Assembly (NCBI GenBank): GCA_964347615.1
Contig: CAYFZO010000006.1
Location: 4,126-68,125, forward strand
DNA: 64,000 bases
Origin: an uncultured Chromatiales bacterium
GTDB taxonomy: Bacteria > Pseudomonadota > Gammaproteobacteria > Poriferisulfidales > Oxydemutatoraceae
Direction of reading: 5' to 3'
Below are positions 19,160 to 28,508 of the stretch, in pieces. Numbering within the stretch: the stretch's first letter is position 1; every line of letters starts with the position of its first letter. Below the pieces are notes generated by a model that was given only the letters and a program-made list of their open reading frames with translations, searched no databases and was not told where the DNA came from. Position numbers and translations under genes: made by a program.

Positions 19160-19767
19160 TTAAAAGTTGTAATGCACACCGGATATGAATATATTGGCGT
19201 ATCCGTCGACCTTTACCCTACGGTATTGGCCACGGAATCCCCAATGTCCATTAAAGCTGTAGTCGACACCCGCGCCGAACGATACGTCCTCTCCATTCTC
19301 ATCGATACCGATACCTTTTACCCTAACGTCCCAGAACGCCACACCGATAAATCCGAATACCGTGAACTTGTTGAACGGCTGGCGGATATAAACGGTTGGC
19401 ATCCATGCGCGGGAATGCAGCTTGCTTTCAATTCGCCCCACCCCACCCCGAGAATAAAGCCGTAGCGTTTCCAGTCCAACGTATCAAGGTGGGTATAAGG
19501 TAATTCAACGGCTACATACTCGTTGAAAGCATAGCTGCCGTACAGCATATCCGTCAAGGCGTTATCAGCGACGTATTCTTCATCAACGTGCGCATTGTCG
19601 ACACCGAACCCGAAGTAAGGCTGGGATACCGTGATAGGCGACACAAGCAATAGGCTTGCAGCAAGCGCAAGGTTTCTTATTCTTATGTTTTTCAAGGCCT
19701 GACAGAAGCTCATATCGTAATATGACTCCTTAGCTTGGATAAAGACATCGGCGTCGAGCAAATACAT
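19160..19767 (-). pseudogene. Outer-membrane beta-barrel protein gene (OmpW/OmpA-like) disrupted by a frameshift
   Basis: Two overlapping minus-strand ORFs, 19,318..19,767 and 19,160..19,441, lie in different frames. The first has a signal-peptide-like 'NLALAASLLLVSPITVSQPYFGFGVD'. The second ends in '...NIFISGVHYNF', a classic OMP C-terminal beta-strand ending in Phe. Confidence 0.45.
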
Positions 19768-19769
19768 GA

Positions 19770-20927
19770 TTAAACCGGGTATCCCAAACGCCCGCCAAGA
19801 CTTGAAAAAGTCTTTGTGCTCTTTATGTCCAGCATCTTGAACGCATCCCGGTAGAGTGTACGCCCCTCAAGCGTGCTCCCTATCAACGCCCGTGCAAAAC
19901 GAGATCCGACCCGCCGCTCTTCGGTCGAATAAAAATCACCTCCTCCGCTTGCTTTCCTACGTCGCGCCAACACTCCACGCAACTGCCTCATTTTATCTTC
20001 ATAGGCTCTGTCAAACTCTGCGCGCGATACAGCTCTCGCATCCAGGAGCCTCCGCAAAATCACAAGCGTGCTGACTTTGAAATGCTTAGCAAGATCCGAA
20101 ACGGCCTCCAAAGGCTCTTCAGACGGCAAAGCTTGACGCAATTCTTCAAGCGGCACCAACAACTCGGCAGCGACACGGTTACACCACTGTTCGACCGCTT
20201 GCTCAGGTACGGAACTCAACCTGGAGTCCGAAAGCGCCGATTTCCCGAGCCACAGGTGCGCCAATTCATGAGCCAAGGTGAACATCTGGGCGGCTTTGGT
20301 ATCAGCGCCATTGATGAACACCAGCGGAGCAAAGTCATCAACCAGAGCAAATCCGCGGAATTCCTCAGGGTCAAGCTTGCGGTGAGTGTCGTTGCCGACC
20401 ACACCGTTCACCATGACAAGCGCTCCTATCTCATCCGCTTGTTTGATGAACTGTCGAAACGCCTCTTCCCAAGTCGAAAGATCGCGCCGTGCTTCAAGAT
20501 CAAACCTCATTTCCTCGCGCATCCGCGAAGCAGTTTCTTCAATGTCATCTTTGATGTCCGCCGACCCCACAAACTCCCTCGGTTCCTCCCTCTCGGAAAG
20601 GGCAAAATCCCGGTACCAGTCTTGCCGGCGCTGGCAGCGATAAATCGTATCAAGCAAGTCCGGGCTAGGACGGGGCAATTCTCGATTTCCTATCGTCCGG
20701 AAATCCGGAATCGGGATTGGTTCGTCCGGAGGCTCGGGCAAAAACAAATAACCGATTGGCACATGGACGGTCTTGGCAAAACTCTCAAGCTGTTTCAGCG
20801 TAGGCCGTACTTCGCCGTCTTCCCAAGCTTGGATCTTCGGGAACTTTCTCTCCAATCTCTCGCGGTTGCGTCCTGCTCGTTTCCGAGCCCAACGCAACAT
20901 CGAAGGTTCAACTTGAACCCTAGGCAT
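19770..20927 (-). CDS. XRE-family HTH fused to an ImmA/IrrE-family Zn-metallopeptidase
   Basis: An N-terminal HTH region is followed by a 'FTLAHELAHLWLG' HExxH motif. It is a paralogue of the protein at 41,096..42,229. Confidence 0.75.
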   Translation of the reverse strand: MPRVQVEPSMLRWARKRAGRNRERLERKFPKIQAWEDGEVRPTLKQLESFAKTVHVPIGYLFLPEPPDEPIPIPDFRTIGNRELPRPSPDLLDTIYRCQRRQDWYRDFALSEREEPREFVGSADIKDDIEETASRMREEMRFDLEARRDLSTWEEAFRQFIKQADEIGALVMVNGVVGNDTHRKLDPEEFRGFALVDDFAPLVFINGADTKAAQMFTLAHELAHLWLGKSALSDSRLSSVPEQAVEQWCNRVAAELLVPLEELRQALPSEEPLEAVSDLAKHFKVSTLVILRRLLDARAVSRAEFDRAYEDKMRQLRGVLARRRKASGGGDFYSTEERRVGSRFARALIGSTLEGRTLYRDAFKMLDIKSTKTFSSLGGRLGYPV

Positions 20928-21013
20928 ATCGCCTTACCTCTGAGAAAAACAATTTCTGGGGATTACCTGCCAGGCAATCCCAGATTTTCCCACGGCTGGA
21001 GAAACGCGAAAAG

Positions 21014-21790
21014 TCACCCCCCACAAACCTCCGGCATCTCCTTGCTCAGCTCAGCCCCGCCGAGACCCAGCGCTTCCAGCGCCTCGTCCTTGCCCCGCAG
21101 ATAAGCCCGCAGGATCCCACGCGCGGGCACCTCCCCCACCCGGGTGAGTTCGACCTTGGGGTTGTCGAAGAAGTTCTGCAAATACCCGGTCTGGGTGAAC
21201 CGGACGCTCTTCAGTGCCCCGCTCCCGGGATCGCGGCGTATCCTCTTGATCATGTACTGCTGGTTGCCCAGGTCAATGTATTCGTCGTTGGCCAGATAGC
21301 GTCCATACTTGTCGGCCTTCATCTTCTTCCAGCCGGAGGCGAGTCGCTTTCCGTGCAGGCCGTCGTGCAGCCGCGCCAGTCCGCCGCCGCTGTTCCAAAG
21401 TCTCTCGAACAAAGGAAAGACGTAACCGTATTCGGTGCGCTCAGCCCGCTGACAAACCTTGCGGTAGTGAACGTCCGGCTGCCGGATGAATCCGTCCAGC
21501 CGCTCTCTCACCGCTTCGCGGTCCTCCGCCTTGAACACCAACAGCGCCGCCGCGCTTCTCCCCTGCTCAAGCGAAGCAACGCGCTCGACCCAGACGATCA
21601 ACGGCTCGTCCTTGTGAGCCCCGCGATACTCGCCCGCCAAGCCGGCGAACACGTCTCCCGCCCGGTCGCGTTCAGCCCGGTCGCGCTCGGCATGAACGTC
21701 CGCAGCGAAAGCCGCGCACAACGCGAACACCGACGCAGCGCACAGCCGGAACCGCCTTGCGCCCGCCGGCGCGACGCCGGTCGTGGTCAC
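21014..21790 (-). CDS. Putative secreted protein of unknown function
   Basis: A signal-peptide-like stretch, 'RFRLCAASVFALCAAFAADVHA', lies near the N-terminus. The annotated ATG at 21,883 probably over-extends the gene, and a GTG near 21,790 is more plausible. High-GC region. Confidence 0.35.
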   Translation of the reverse strand: MTTTGVAPAGARRFRLCAASVFALCAAFAADVHAERDRAERDRAGDVFAGLAGEYRGAHKDEPLIVWVERVASLEQGRSAAALLVFKAEDREAVRERLDGFIRQPDVHYRKVCQRAERTEYGYVFPLFERLWNSGGGLARLHDGLHGKRLASGWKKMKADKYGRYLANDEYIDLGNQQYMIKRIRRDPGSGALKSVRFTQTGYLQNFFDNPKVELTRVGEVPARGILRAYLRGKDEALEALGLGGAELSKEMPEVCGG

Positions 21791-21821
21791 GCCCGAACCT
21801 CGTCCGTTGGCCGACGGGTCG

Positions 21822-22136
21822 TCACGACTTCTCCGCCGTCTCTTCCTTGAGAAACTCGACGTGGAAACGCACGGGTCGGTCAATCCGCAGGTAGTGTTTC
21901 ATCGTCGGCTCGACAACGCCGGCGACGCCGGGGCGCAATTCGTGCGCTTCCTCCTCAGGCTCGACGATGTGATACGTCAGGCTGCCTTCGGTCACGACAA
22001 TCCTGCCCCACACCCCGGGCTTGGTCGTGTGTGCCTTGAGGATGTTCGCGGGCGCGGTGTCCTGGTCGAACTGCGGCGACCGCTTATAGAAAACGACGTT
22101 GTCCGGAATCCGTTTCATCTTCCCTCCCTTGGTCAA
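21822..22136 (-). CDS. DUF1971-like small protein (resembles the N-terminal domain of TehB)
   Basis: 'KAHTTKPGVWGRIVVTEGSLTYHI' resembles DUF1971, from memory. Low certainty. Confidence 0.35.
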   Translation of the reverse strand: MTKGGKMKRIPDNVVFYKRSPQFDQDTAPANILKAHTTKPGVWGRIVVTEGSLTYHIVEPEEEAHELRPGVAGVVEPTMKHYLRIDRPVRFHVEFLKEETAEKS

Positions 22137-22330
22137 ATTGGGTCAACCTGGGCCAGCCCGGGCCGACCCGCTCATTCTATAGCGCAAGCGCCGGAACGAA
22201 GCCTGCGCCCGTACAACCGCCCGGGAAAACAAGCGCCGGCGCAGGAATACGTCCCGGACGCGCCTACGCCTAGGCGTCTGAGGTCTCGCCACCCCACCGC
22301 CGACTTACGCTAGACTAACAGCAGCTAGCT

Positions 22331-23476
22331 TTGCTCATATCCGCTTGGAGAACCGCCCGAATGACCGACCGACGCGCCAGCGATTATTTCACCGCCCGCG
22401 GCCTCAGAAGCACGACGCCCAAGACGCTGAACAAAGCGTTGCGGGTGGCGCTGGAAAGCATGGAAACATTGGTACGCGACGACGCAGCGGGTTTGGCGCG
22501 CGAAGAGCAAGCGGCGTTGCAGGCAGGCAGTTCAAGACTTGACCCCAAACCGGGAGTAGACTCGCGCACCGAAACCGCGGTCAAACACGCGGCGGTTGGC
22601 AAGCGAAGATTCACAACCAAAGCGGCGAGCAAATTTCTCAGCTCAGCCGCAAGCCACGTACGACATTTGAGAAACAAAACCGCGGTCAAATACGCGGCGG
22701 TTGACAAGCGAAGATTCATGACCAAGGCGGCGAGTAAACGTCTCGACCCAGCCGCAAGCCACATGCAGCATTTGAGAGACGAAACCGCGGTCAAACGCGC
22801 GGCGGTTGGCAAGCGAAGATTCACGACCAAGGCGGCGAGCGAACTTCTCGGCTCAGCCGCAAGCCGCGTACAGCGTCGGAAAAACATCCGAATAACCGCC
22901 CGACCCGCCAGCGACCGCTTCATCACCGCCCACAACCTCAGAAGCACGACGCCCAAGACGCTGAACAAAGCGTTGCGGGTGGTGCTGGAAAGTATGGAGC
23001 CGTTGGCGTACGGCGACGCGGCAGATTTGACGCACAAAGAGCAAGCGGTGTTGCGGGGAGGCGGTTTGAGACTTGACCCCGAGCCGGGAACAGACCCGCG
23101 TACCGAAGCCGCGGTCAAATACGCGGCGATTGTCAAGCGAAGCCTCACGACCAAAGCGGCGAGCGAACGTCTCGGCTTGACCGCAAGCCACGTGCAGCAG
23201 ATGACTGCCGACCGCTCGCTTTACAGTTTCTTGATTTCCGACGTCCGCTACATCCCTGATTTCCAGTTCACCGGCGACGGGTTGGTACCCAATATCGCGC
23301 AAGTGAACAAAGCACTGCCGCCGCACATGCATCCCGTCGGCGTGTACAACTGGTTTCATCTCCCCAATGCGGACTTGTTTCCCGACGGCGACGCGGACAA
23401 CCCCGTCAGCCCTCTGGAATGGCTGTGTGACGGACATGACCCGGCGGTAGCGGTAACTCTCGCGCAAGGCTTGTAG
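22331..23476 (+). CDS. Xre/MbcA/ParS-like antitoxin partner of a RES toxin. It has a highly repetitive N-terminal region.
   Basis: The C-terminus, 'WFHLPNADLFPDGDADNPVSPLEWLCDGHDPAVAVTL', matches the DUF2384 toxin-binding domain pattern (W..PN..L.G..P.E.L..G....V..L). A RES-domain gene lies immediately downstream. The N-terminus contains an about 190-bp block duplicated at 22,370 and 22,905, plus three to four tandem units of about 105 bp (22,560-22,900 and about 23,100). Confidence 0.5.
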   Translation: MLISAWRTARMTDRRASDYFTARGLRSTTPKTLNKALRVALESMETLVRDDAAGLAREEQAALQAGSSRLDPKPGVDSRTETAVKHAAVGKRRFTTKAASKFLSSAASHVRHLRNKTAVKYAAVDKRRFMTKAASKRLDPAASHMQHLRDETAVKRAAVGKRRFTTKAASELLGSAASRVQRRKNIRITARPASDRFITAHNLRSTTPKTLNKALRVVLESMEPLAYGDAADLTHKEQAVLRGGGLRLDPEPGTDPRTEAAVKYAAIVKRSLTTKAASERLGLTASHVQQMTADRSLYSFLISDVRYIPDFQFTGDGLVPNIAQVNKALPPHMHPVGVYNWFHLPNADLFPDGDADNPVSPLEWLCDGHDPAVAVTLAQGL

Positions 23477-23482
23477 ACCTCG

Positions 23483-24132
23483 GTGGCAAAGCCGCCGAAT
23501 TCCCCGGACCCGCAACGGCTGCGGGGGCTTGCGCCGAGCCTTATAACCGTCGCGCCCAGCACCTGCGTCCATCGCATCTACCGAGGCGGGGGGGATTACC
23601 CTGTCCTGTGGAATGCGTTCCGGCATCACGGCCCAACCACCACCGCCAGATTCGATCACCATCTGCGCGACGCCGATAACAAGCCGCAACCGCAAGCGCG
23701 CGGCATCCTGTATCTTGCCAGCGACGTTCCGACCGCCGTGGCCGAAGTCTTTCAGGCAACCCGCACCTTCGACCCCAGCGAAGATTGCCGCTGGCTGGTG
23801 TCGTTCGAGATTGCCCATCAGTTGACCGATCGATTAGCATTGCTGAACTTGACCGACACCTTCCCCCTGCAGGCCGGCGGCTCGATGAAGCTCATCAACG
23901 GCCCGACCCTCGACGCGCAAAACTGTCACGCGGCTTTTACGACGCCTACAAACAAATTCACGGGCTTTACTATCCGTCGTCGCTGACCAACCGTCCTGTA
24001 ATAGCGCTGTATGAGCGGGCACCGGCGGCGGCGTTCCCGCCCTCCCCGCACTTCAACCGCCCCCTCAACGACCCGTTGCTCATCGAGCCGATGAGAAACT
24101 TCTGCCGCGATATCGGCTACGACTTCGTCTAA
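23483..24132 (+). pseudogene. RES-domain toxin gene, split by a frameshift near 23,940
   Basis: The ORF at 23,483..23,986 carries the N-terminal RES motifs ('VHRIYRGGGD...HHG...RF...ILYLASDVPTAVAEV'). The C-terminal RES segment ('YKQIHGLYYPSSLTNRPVIALY') is in another frame, in the ORF at 23,785..24,132. Confidence 0.5.
23858..24132. repeat. Left copy of a segmental duplication covering the RES 3' end. The duplication continues into the anti-sigma paralogue. The right copy is at 25,013..25,291.
   Basis: About 275 bp are near-identical between 23,858-24,132 and 25,013-25,291. The similarity continues at about 90% identity through 24,133-24,700 versus 25,292-25,860. Confidence 0.85.
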
Positions 24133-24184
24133 GCGTCGCGCAAACGCCCGCGGCGCACGGCGGCACCAACCGCGCGCACTTCCC

Positions 24185-24700
24185 CTACCGCGACACCATC
24201 GCAAACAGCAGGCCGCGTTCCTGCCACAGCCGCACTTTAAGCCATTGAGAGTGCAGCGTCAGCGGCACGGCGCCGCGCAGGACATCGGGAACCCCGCGGT
24301 GGACGCTAGGATTGTAGGGAATCTGATACACGGTGTGCATCCCTCCATGGTTGTCGTGCATCCGCAGTTGCGCCGCCGCCTTGCCTTGGATCTTGCAGAC
24401 GCGACCGCCGGTCACCTGCCACGGCTTGTTCCTAATCCACAAGGGTTCGGTCAGGTTGACTGGCAGCGGTTTGAAGAATTCGCGCATCTCGTCCATGTCG
24501 CCTGGTCCCACCTCATGCAATTCTAAATTGAAAGGGTTAGTTGCAAGCGTTTCCAACTCGATGTGGTTGGTTGCGACTTCATCGGCGATATACTGGTGGG
24601 CATCGCCGGCGAAAGTGCTGAAATAGTCGAAGATGTCGAGGCTGTCGCTGATTATGCCGAACGCTACCCCCAGTCCAATGAGCGCGTTAAGGCCAGGCAT
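24185..24700 (-). CDS. Truncated paralogue of the anti-sigma factor C-terminal (periplasmic) domain
   Basis: About 75% identical in protein sequence to the C-terminal 130 aa of the ORF at 25,345..25,980 ('ADEVATNH...GKAAAQLRMHD...LWQERGLLFA'). It lacks the N-terminal cytoplasmic anti-sigma region. Confidence 0.4.
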   Translation of the reverse strand: MPGLNALIGLGVAFGIISDSLDIFDYFSTFAGDAHQYIADEVATNHIELETLATNPFNLELHEVGPGDMDEMREFFKPLPVNLTEPLWIRNKPWQVTGGRVCKIQGKAAAQLRMHDNHGGMHTVYQIPYNPSVHRGVPDVLRGAVPLTLHSQWLKVRLWQERGLLFAMVSR

Positions 24701-25012
24701 GAGGCAACAAGAACGCGAAAGCGTCGTACTGCATCGCCGCCACTGCGACCGCGACGATGAGAGTGTAAAAAATGTGGCATATCTCCATGTAAATAATTAT
24801 ATCAAGCAAACCACAACCTACTGGAAGAAAAAAATACTTATTAAACAAAAGGTTATAAGGGGTTGCGCAATCCCCGACCCTATTAGTGTCCTTTTGAAGC
24901 CGATTGGCAAGCGGGCGAAATACGAAAACTGCAAGCCGACCGTCGAGAAATTGAGGCGCAAATGGCGACTGATGCCGAGGAAGCCCAAGCCGTGATTCGT
25001 AGATTTATGTAT

Positions 25013-25291
25013 ATAATTCCTTTCCCCTGCAGGCCGGCGGCTCGATGAAGCTCATCAACGGCCCGACCCTCGACGCGCAAAACTGTCACGCGGCTTTTAC
25101 GACGCCTACAAACAAATTCACGGGCTTTACTATCCGTCGTCGCTGACCAACCGTCCTGTAATAGCGCTGTATGAGCGGGCACCGGCGGCGGCGTTCCCGC
25201 CCTCCCCGCACTTCAACCGCCCCCTCAACGACCCGTTGCTCATCGAGCCGATGAGAAACTTCTGCCGCGATATCGGCTACGACTTCGTCTA
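25013..25291. repeat. Right copy of the RES 3'-end segment (partial gene fragment)
   Basis: See the entry at 23,858..24,132. It is preceded by an about 310-bp AT-rich unique segment (24,700-25,012). Confidence 0.85.
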
Positions 25292-25344
25292 AGCCCCGCG
25301 CAAACGCCTACGCCGCACGACAGCACCAACCGCGCGCGCTCCCC

Positions 25345-25980
25345 CTACCGCGACACCGTCGCAAACAGCAGGCCGCGTTCCTGCCACAGCCGCACTTCAA
25401 GCCCCTGGGAGTACAGCGTCAGCGGCACGGCACCGCGCAGGACGTCGGGAACCTCGCGGTGGGCACCGGGGTCGTAGGGAACCTGATACACGGTCTGCAC
25501 GCCCCCGCGGTCGTCGTGCATCCGCAGTTGCGCCGCCGCCTTGCCCTGGATCGTGCAGAAGCGACCGCCGATCATCCGCCACGGCGTATTCTCAAGCCGC
25601 GAGGATTCGATCAGGCTGAAGTTCAGCGGCTCGAAGAATCGGCGCACCGCGACCACGTCGTCCGACTGCACTTCAAGCGATTTCAACTTGAGGTGGTTGG
25701 TTGCGACTTCATCGGCGATACGCTGGTGGACGTCGGCGGTGAACGGTGCGAAGGCGCCGTACTGCATCGCCGCCAGCGCGACCGCGACGATCGAGACGGC
25801 GGCGGCGATACCCCAGTAGACCCGCACGCCGCGCGGCACCGCAACGCCGGCGTGCGCGCGCCCGGCGGTCTTGTCGGCCCGGGCGGCGAGTGCGTTCAGC
25901 TGCGCGAAGCGCCGCGCGGGCAGACGCTTGCCTTCGAGCAGCCGCGCGACCGCCTGCTTCATCGGCTCGCGCGCGCTCAC
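25345..25980 (-). CDS. Anti-sigma factor (single TM, periplasmic C-terminal domain), coupled to the ECF sigma factor
   Basis: Its start overlaps the sigma-factor stop (25,977-25,980). The TM helix is 'VYWGIAAAVSIVAVALAAM'. The N-terminal region is Ala/Arg-rich and cytoplasmic. Confidence 0.5.
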   Translation of the reverse strand: MSAREPMKQAVARLLEGKRLPARRFAQLNALAARADKTAGRAHAGVAVPRGVRVYWGIAAAVSIVAVALAAMQYGAFAPFTADVHQRIADEVATNHLKLKSLEVQSDDVVAVRRFFEPLNFSLIESSRLENTPWRMIGGRFCTIQGKAAAQLRMHDDRGGVQTVYQVPYDPGAHREVPDVLRGAVPLTLYSQGLEVRLWQERGLLFATVSR

Positions 25981-26441
25981 GCCGCCCCCTCGGTCTGCGC
26001 CGACACCCGCTTGCGCATGCGCGAGATGCGCGACAACACCGTCCCGCGGGGCAGTTCAAGCCACTGCGCGACCTCGCTCGTGGTGTAGCCTTCCACCGCC
26101 CACAGGAACAGGATCTCGCGGTCGGTCGGGTCGAAACCCGCCCACAGCGCTTCAAGCGTGTCGCGGTCGACCATCACCTGTTCGAGCGTCGCGACGTCGA
26201 AGTCGAGATGCTTGCCGTCGTCGAAAGGCTCGGCTTGGACGCGCCGGCGGCGACGCCAGTCGTCGATGAACCGGTTGCGGATGATCCTCATCATGTAAAA
26301 CTTGCTGATCTCGGCGACGCCGCGTCCCGAAGCCAGGTATCTCTCAAGCGCGTCCTGCAACAGGTCGCACGCCGCGTCGTCGTCGCCGGTCAGCGAACAG
26401 CAGTAGCGATACAGCTGGTCGAACAGCGCTTGGTCGAGCAT
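25977..26441 (-). CDS. ECF (sigma-70 family) RNA polymerase sigma factor
   Basis: Region 2 reads 'DLLQDALERYL...FYMMRIIRNRFIDDWRRRRR'. Region 4 reads 'REILFLWAVEGYTTSEVAQWLELPRGTVLSRISRMRKRV'. Confidence 0.8.
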   Translation of the reverse strand: MLDQALFDQLYRYCCSLTGDDDAACDLLQDALERYLASGRGVAEISKFYMMRIIRNRFIDDWRRRRRVQAEPFDDGKHLDFDVATLEQVMVDRDTLEALWAGFDPTDREILFLWAVEGYTTSEVAQWLELPRGTVLSRISRMRKRVSAQTEGAA

Positions 26442-26442
26442 C

Positions 26443-27285
26443 TCAACGCGGGGTTTCGGGGTCGGGATGGTCGGGGGCGAGACGGAACGCGCTCACCCAG
26501 CCCTTTTCGACCAGGGGCGGCAACGCCCGGTCGAGCCGCGCAAAGCGCCGCGACAAGACCCCGAGCGGCGCGCCTTTGATAATGTCCCCGAGCAGGCGGT
26601 AGGTCGTGCGCGAACAGCGCGCGACGGCCGGACGCAACCGGTCGCGGTGAACGCACAGCCGCTCGCCGCCGGCAGGCCACCCCGCGGGATACGCGCGCGT
26701 GCGCCAGATCGAAAGCAGCGGGTAATCCGAAGACACCAGCGACAGCGCACGGCTTGCCTGCAACGTGATCCGCGGGCGGTCGCGCTCGTCGACCCGCGAG
26801 AACGCCTCGAAGTCGAACCGCGCATCGTCCTCGGCGTAATGCGCGTCGTGATAGCAACGCTCCAGCCGCGCGAGGTCGGGCAGACAGGCGAGACGACGGT
26901 CGGCGCGGTTGTCGGGTTCTTCGCAATAGCGGCGCAGGAAGTCGGCGAACTGCCCGCCGTAATGATTGAGGTCGACACGGCGGCTCGGGTGGAGCCGCAC
27001 GTAGCCCGCCGCGACGCCGGAAAACCGCGCGTCGCCGAGCAGCTGCGCGCACACCGGGTAAACCTCGCGCAACGCACGGATCAAGGCGCCGCGGAAGTTG
27101 CGCCGATAGACCGCGACGCTTTGCGCCCCCGACAGACCGCCCGCGGGAAGCACCTGCGCGACCAGCGCGTCGCCGCCTTCGAGCATCGCCCGCCTGAAGT
27201 TCTCCTGCAACGATTGCAAATCCACGACGTCCGCCTCTCCGCCCCGCGCGTTCAGACTACACCACCCCGCCGGCGGCGTTGTCAA
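26443..27285 (-). CDS. DUF2063-family protein (BufC/MbnC-like partner of an MNIO enzyme)
   Basis: It sits immediately downstream of, and overlapping, a DUF692 gene. The size and the conserved operon context (DUF2282-DUF692-DUF2063) fit. Confidence 0.65.
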   Translation of the reverse strand: MTTPPAGWCSLNARGGEADVVDLQSLQENFRRAMLEGGDALVAQVLPAGGLSGAQSVAVYRRNFRGALIRALREVYPVCAQLLGDARFSGVAAGYVRLHPSRRVDLNHYGGQFADFLRRYCEEPDNRADRRLACLPDLARLERCYHDAHYAEDDARFDFEAFSRVDERDRPRITLQASRALSLVSSDYPLLSIWRTRAYPAGWPAGGERLCVHRDRLRPAVARCSRTTYRLLGDIIKGAPLGVLSRRFARLDRALPPLVEKGWVSAFRLAPDHPDPETPR

Positions 27286-28204
27286 CGCGCAAGCCTTGCG
27301 CCGACGGCGTACGGTCCGAGCAGGCGTTCAAGGCGGGCGACGGGCGCGACGCGGCGGCGATGATCCGCCGCGCCTTGTCCGCCTCGCCGAGCAGGGTTCC
27401 GAACGCGGGCAACGCGTTGTCCCATTCGATCAGCACCGGCACGTCGCGGCGCCTTGCGACGAACGTCTCGAACAACCGCCACACCGGGTCGGCGACCGGG
27501 TGGTCGTGCGCGTCGAGCAGGAAGTCGCCGCAATCCTGAAACCCGCCCAGATGCACTTCGCGCACCCGTTCGAGCGGCAGACGTTCGAACACGTCCGAGA
27601 CCCGCCAGCCGTGGTTGCGCACGTTGACGTGCCAGTTGTTGAGGTCGAGCAGGACGTCGCAGTCGGCGCGCGCGACGACCGCGGCGAGGAAATCCATCTC
27701 GTCCATCGTCGAATGCCTGTAGGTGAGATAACTCGACACGTTCTCGATCAGGATGCGCTGGCCGAGGAAGTCCTGCGCCTCGCGGATCTTGAGCGCGACG
27801 CACTCGACCGCCTCCTCGGTGAACGGCAAAGGCAACAGGTCGTGCATCGGCGCGGCGCCGACCGAGGTGAAGCACAGGTGATCCGAAATCCACAGCGCCT
27901 CGAAACGCCCGGCCAGACGCTTGACCGAGGCGAGGTAATCGTAATCGAGCGAGCCGACCGAGCCGAGCGACATGCCGACGCAATGCAGCGCCAGCGGGTA
28001 GTCGCGGCGCACCATCTCAAGGCCGTGCAACGCCGGGCCGCCCGGGGAGAGATAGTTGTCGGCGAGCGCCTCGAACCAGCCGAGCGCCGGCTTGTCGCGC
28101 AGGACGTCGGCGACGTGCGCCTCGCGCAGACCCACGCCGACCAACGCGACGGCGTCGTCAGGCCGCTGCTCGTGCGCGGGAAACCGTGGCATGGACGTCG
28201 GCAT
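27257..28204 (-). CDS. DUF692/MNIO (multinuclear non-haem iron oxidase, MbnB/BufB-like) enzyme. The true start is probably internal, at 28,204 or 28,192.
   Basis: 'VGVGLREAHVADV', '...HCVGMSLGS...', 'ENVSSY' and 'LLDLNNWHV' resemble the xylose-isomerase-like TIM barrel of DUF692. The annotated 535-aa ORF is an upstream over-extension in GC-rich DNA. Met221 and Met226 give a protein of about 315 aa. Confidence 0.7.
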   Translation of the reverse strand: MPTSMPRFPAHEQRPDDAVALVGVGLREAHVADVLRDKPALGWFEALADNYLSPGGPALHGLEMVRRDYPLALHCVGMSLGSVGSLDYDYLASVKRLAGRFEALWISDHLCFTSVGAAPMHDLLPLPFTEEAVECVALKIREAQDFLGQRILIENVSSYLTYRHSTMDEMDFLAAVVARADCDVLLDLNNWHVNVRNHGWRVSDVFERLPLERVREVHLGGFQDCGDFLLDAHDHPVADPVWRLFETFVARRRDVPVLIEWDNALPAFGTLLGEADKARRIIAAASRPSPALNACSDRTPSAQGLRVDNAAGGVV

Positions 28205-28508
28205 CGGATCGGGCTTTCGTTGCGGAGTTGCGTTGCGGGCTTTCATTCGGAATGCTGCACCGCGCGCCGGCATTGCACGATGCACAGGCGCTTTGCCGTC
28301 CCGGCTCGGGCGACGCGAGGAACGAACGGGGGGCGGCTTGGGCGCAAAGGTTTCACTTCCGCGCACCCCGCACGACGCACGGGTGTTTTGCCGTCCCGGC
28401 CCGGGCGACGCGAGGAACGGACGGGGGGCGGCGCGACGTGGGCGTCGTGCAAGATGCCCCGCTTCACCGCGCCCCGTCCGCCGTCTCGCGGCACCGTCTC
28501 GCAACGGA

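Noticed and set aside
20082-21104. 340-aa plus-strand ORF opposite the HTH-ImmA gene
   Set aside because: It is fully antisense to a motif-supported gene (HTH plus HExxH). Its Arg/Pro/Ser-rich composition is typical of spurious ORFs.
22384-23818. Long minus-strand ORFs (22,384..23,154 and 22,853..23,818) opposite the repetitive antitoxin gene
   Set aside because: High-GC antisense ORFs. The plus-strand gene ends with a recognisable DUF2384-like domain and is followed by its RES partner, so the plus strand is preferred.
24883-25182. 99-aa minus-strand ORF duplicating 23,834..24,022
   Set aside because: It arises only because it lies within the duplicated RES 3'-end segment. It is antisense to the RES reading frame.
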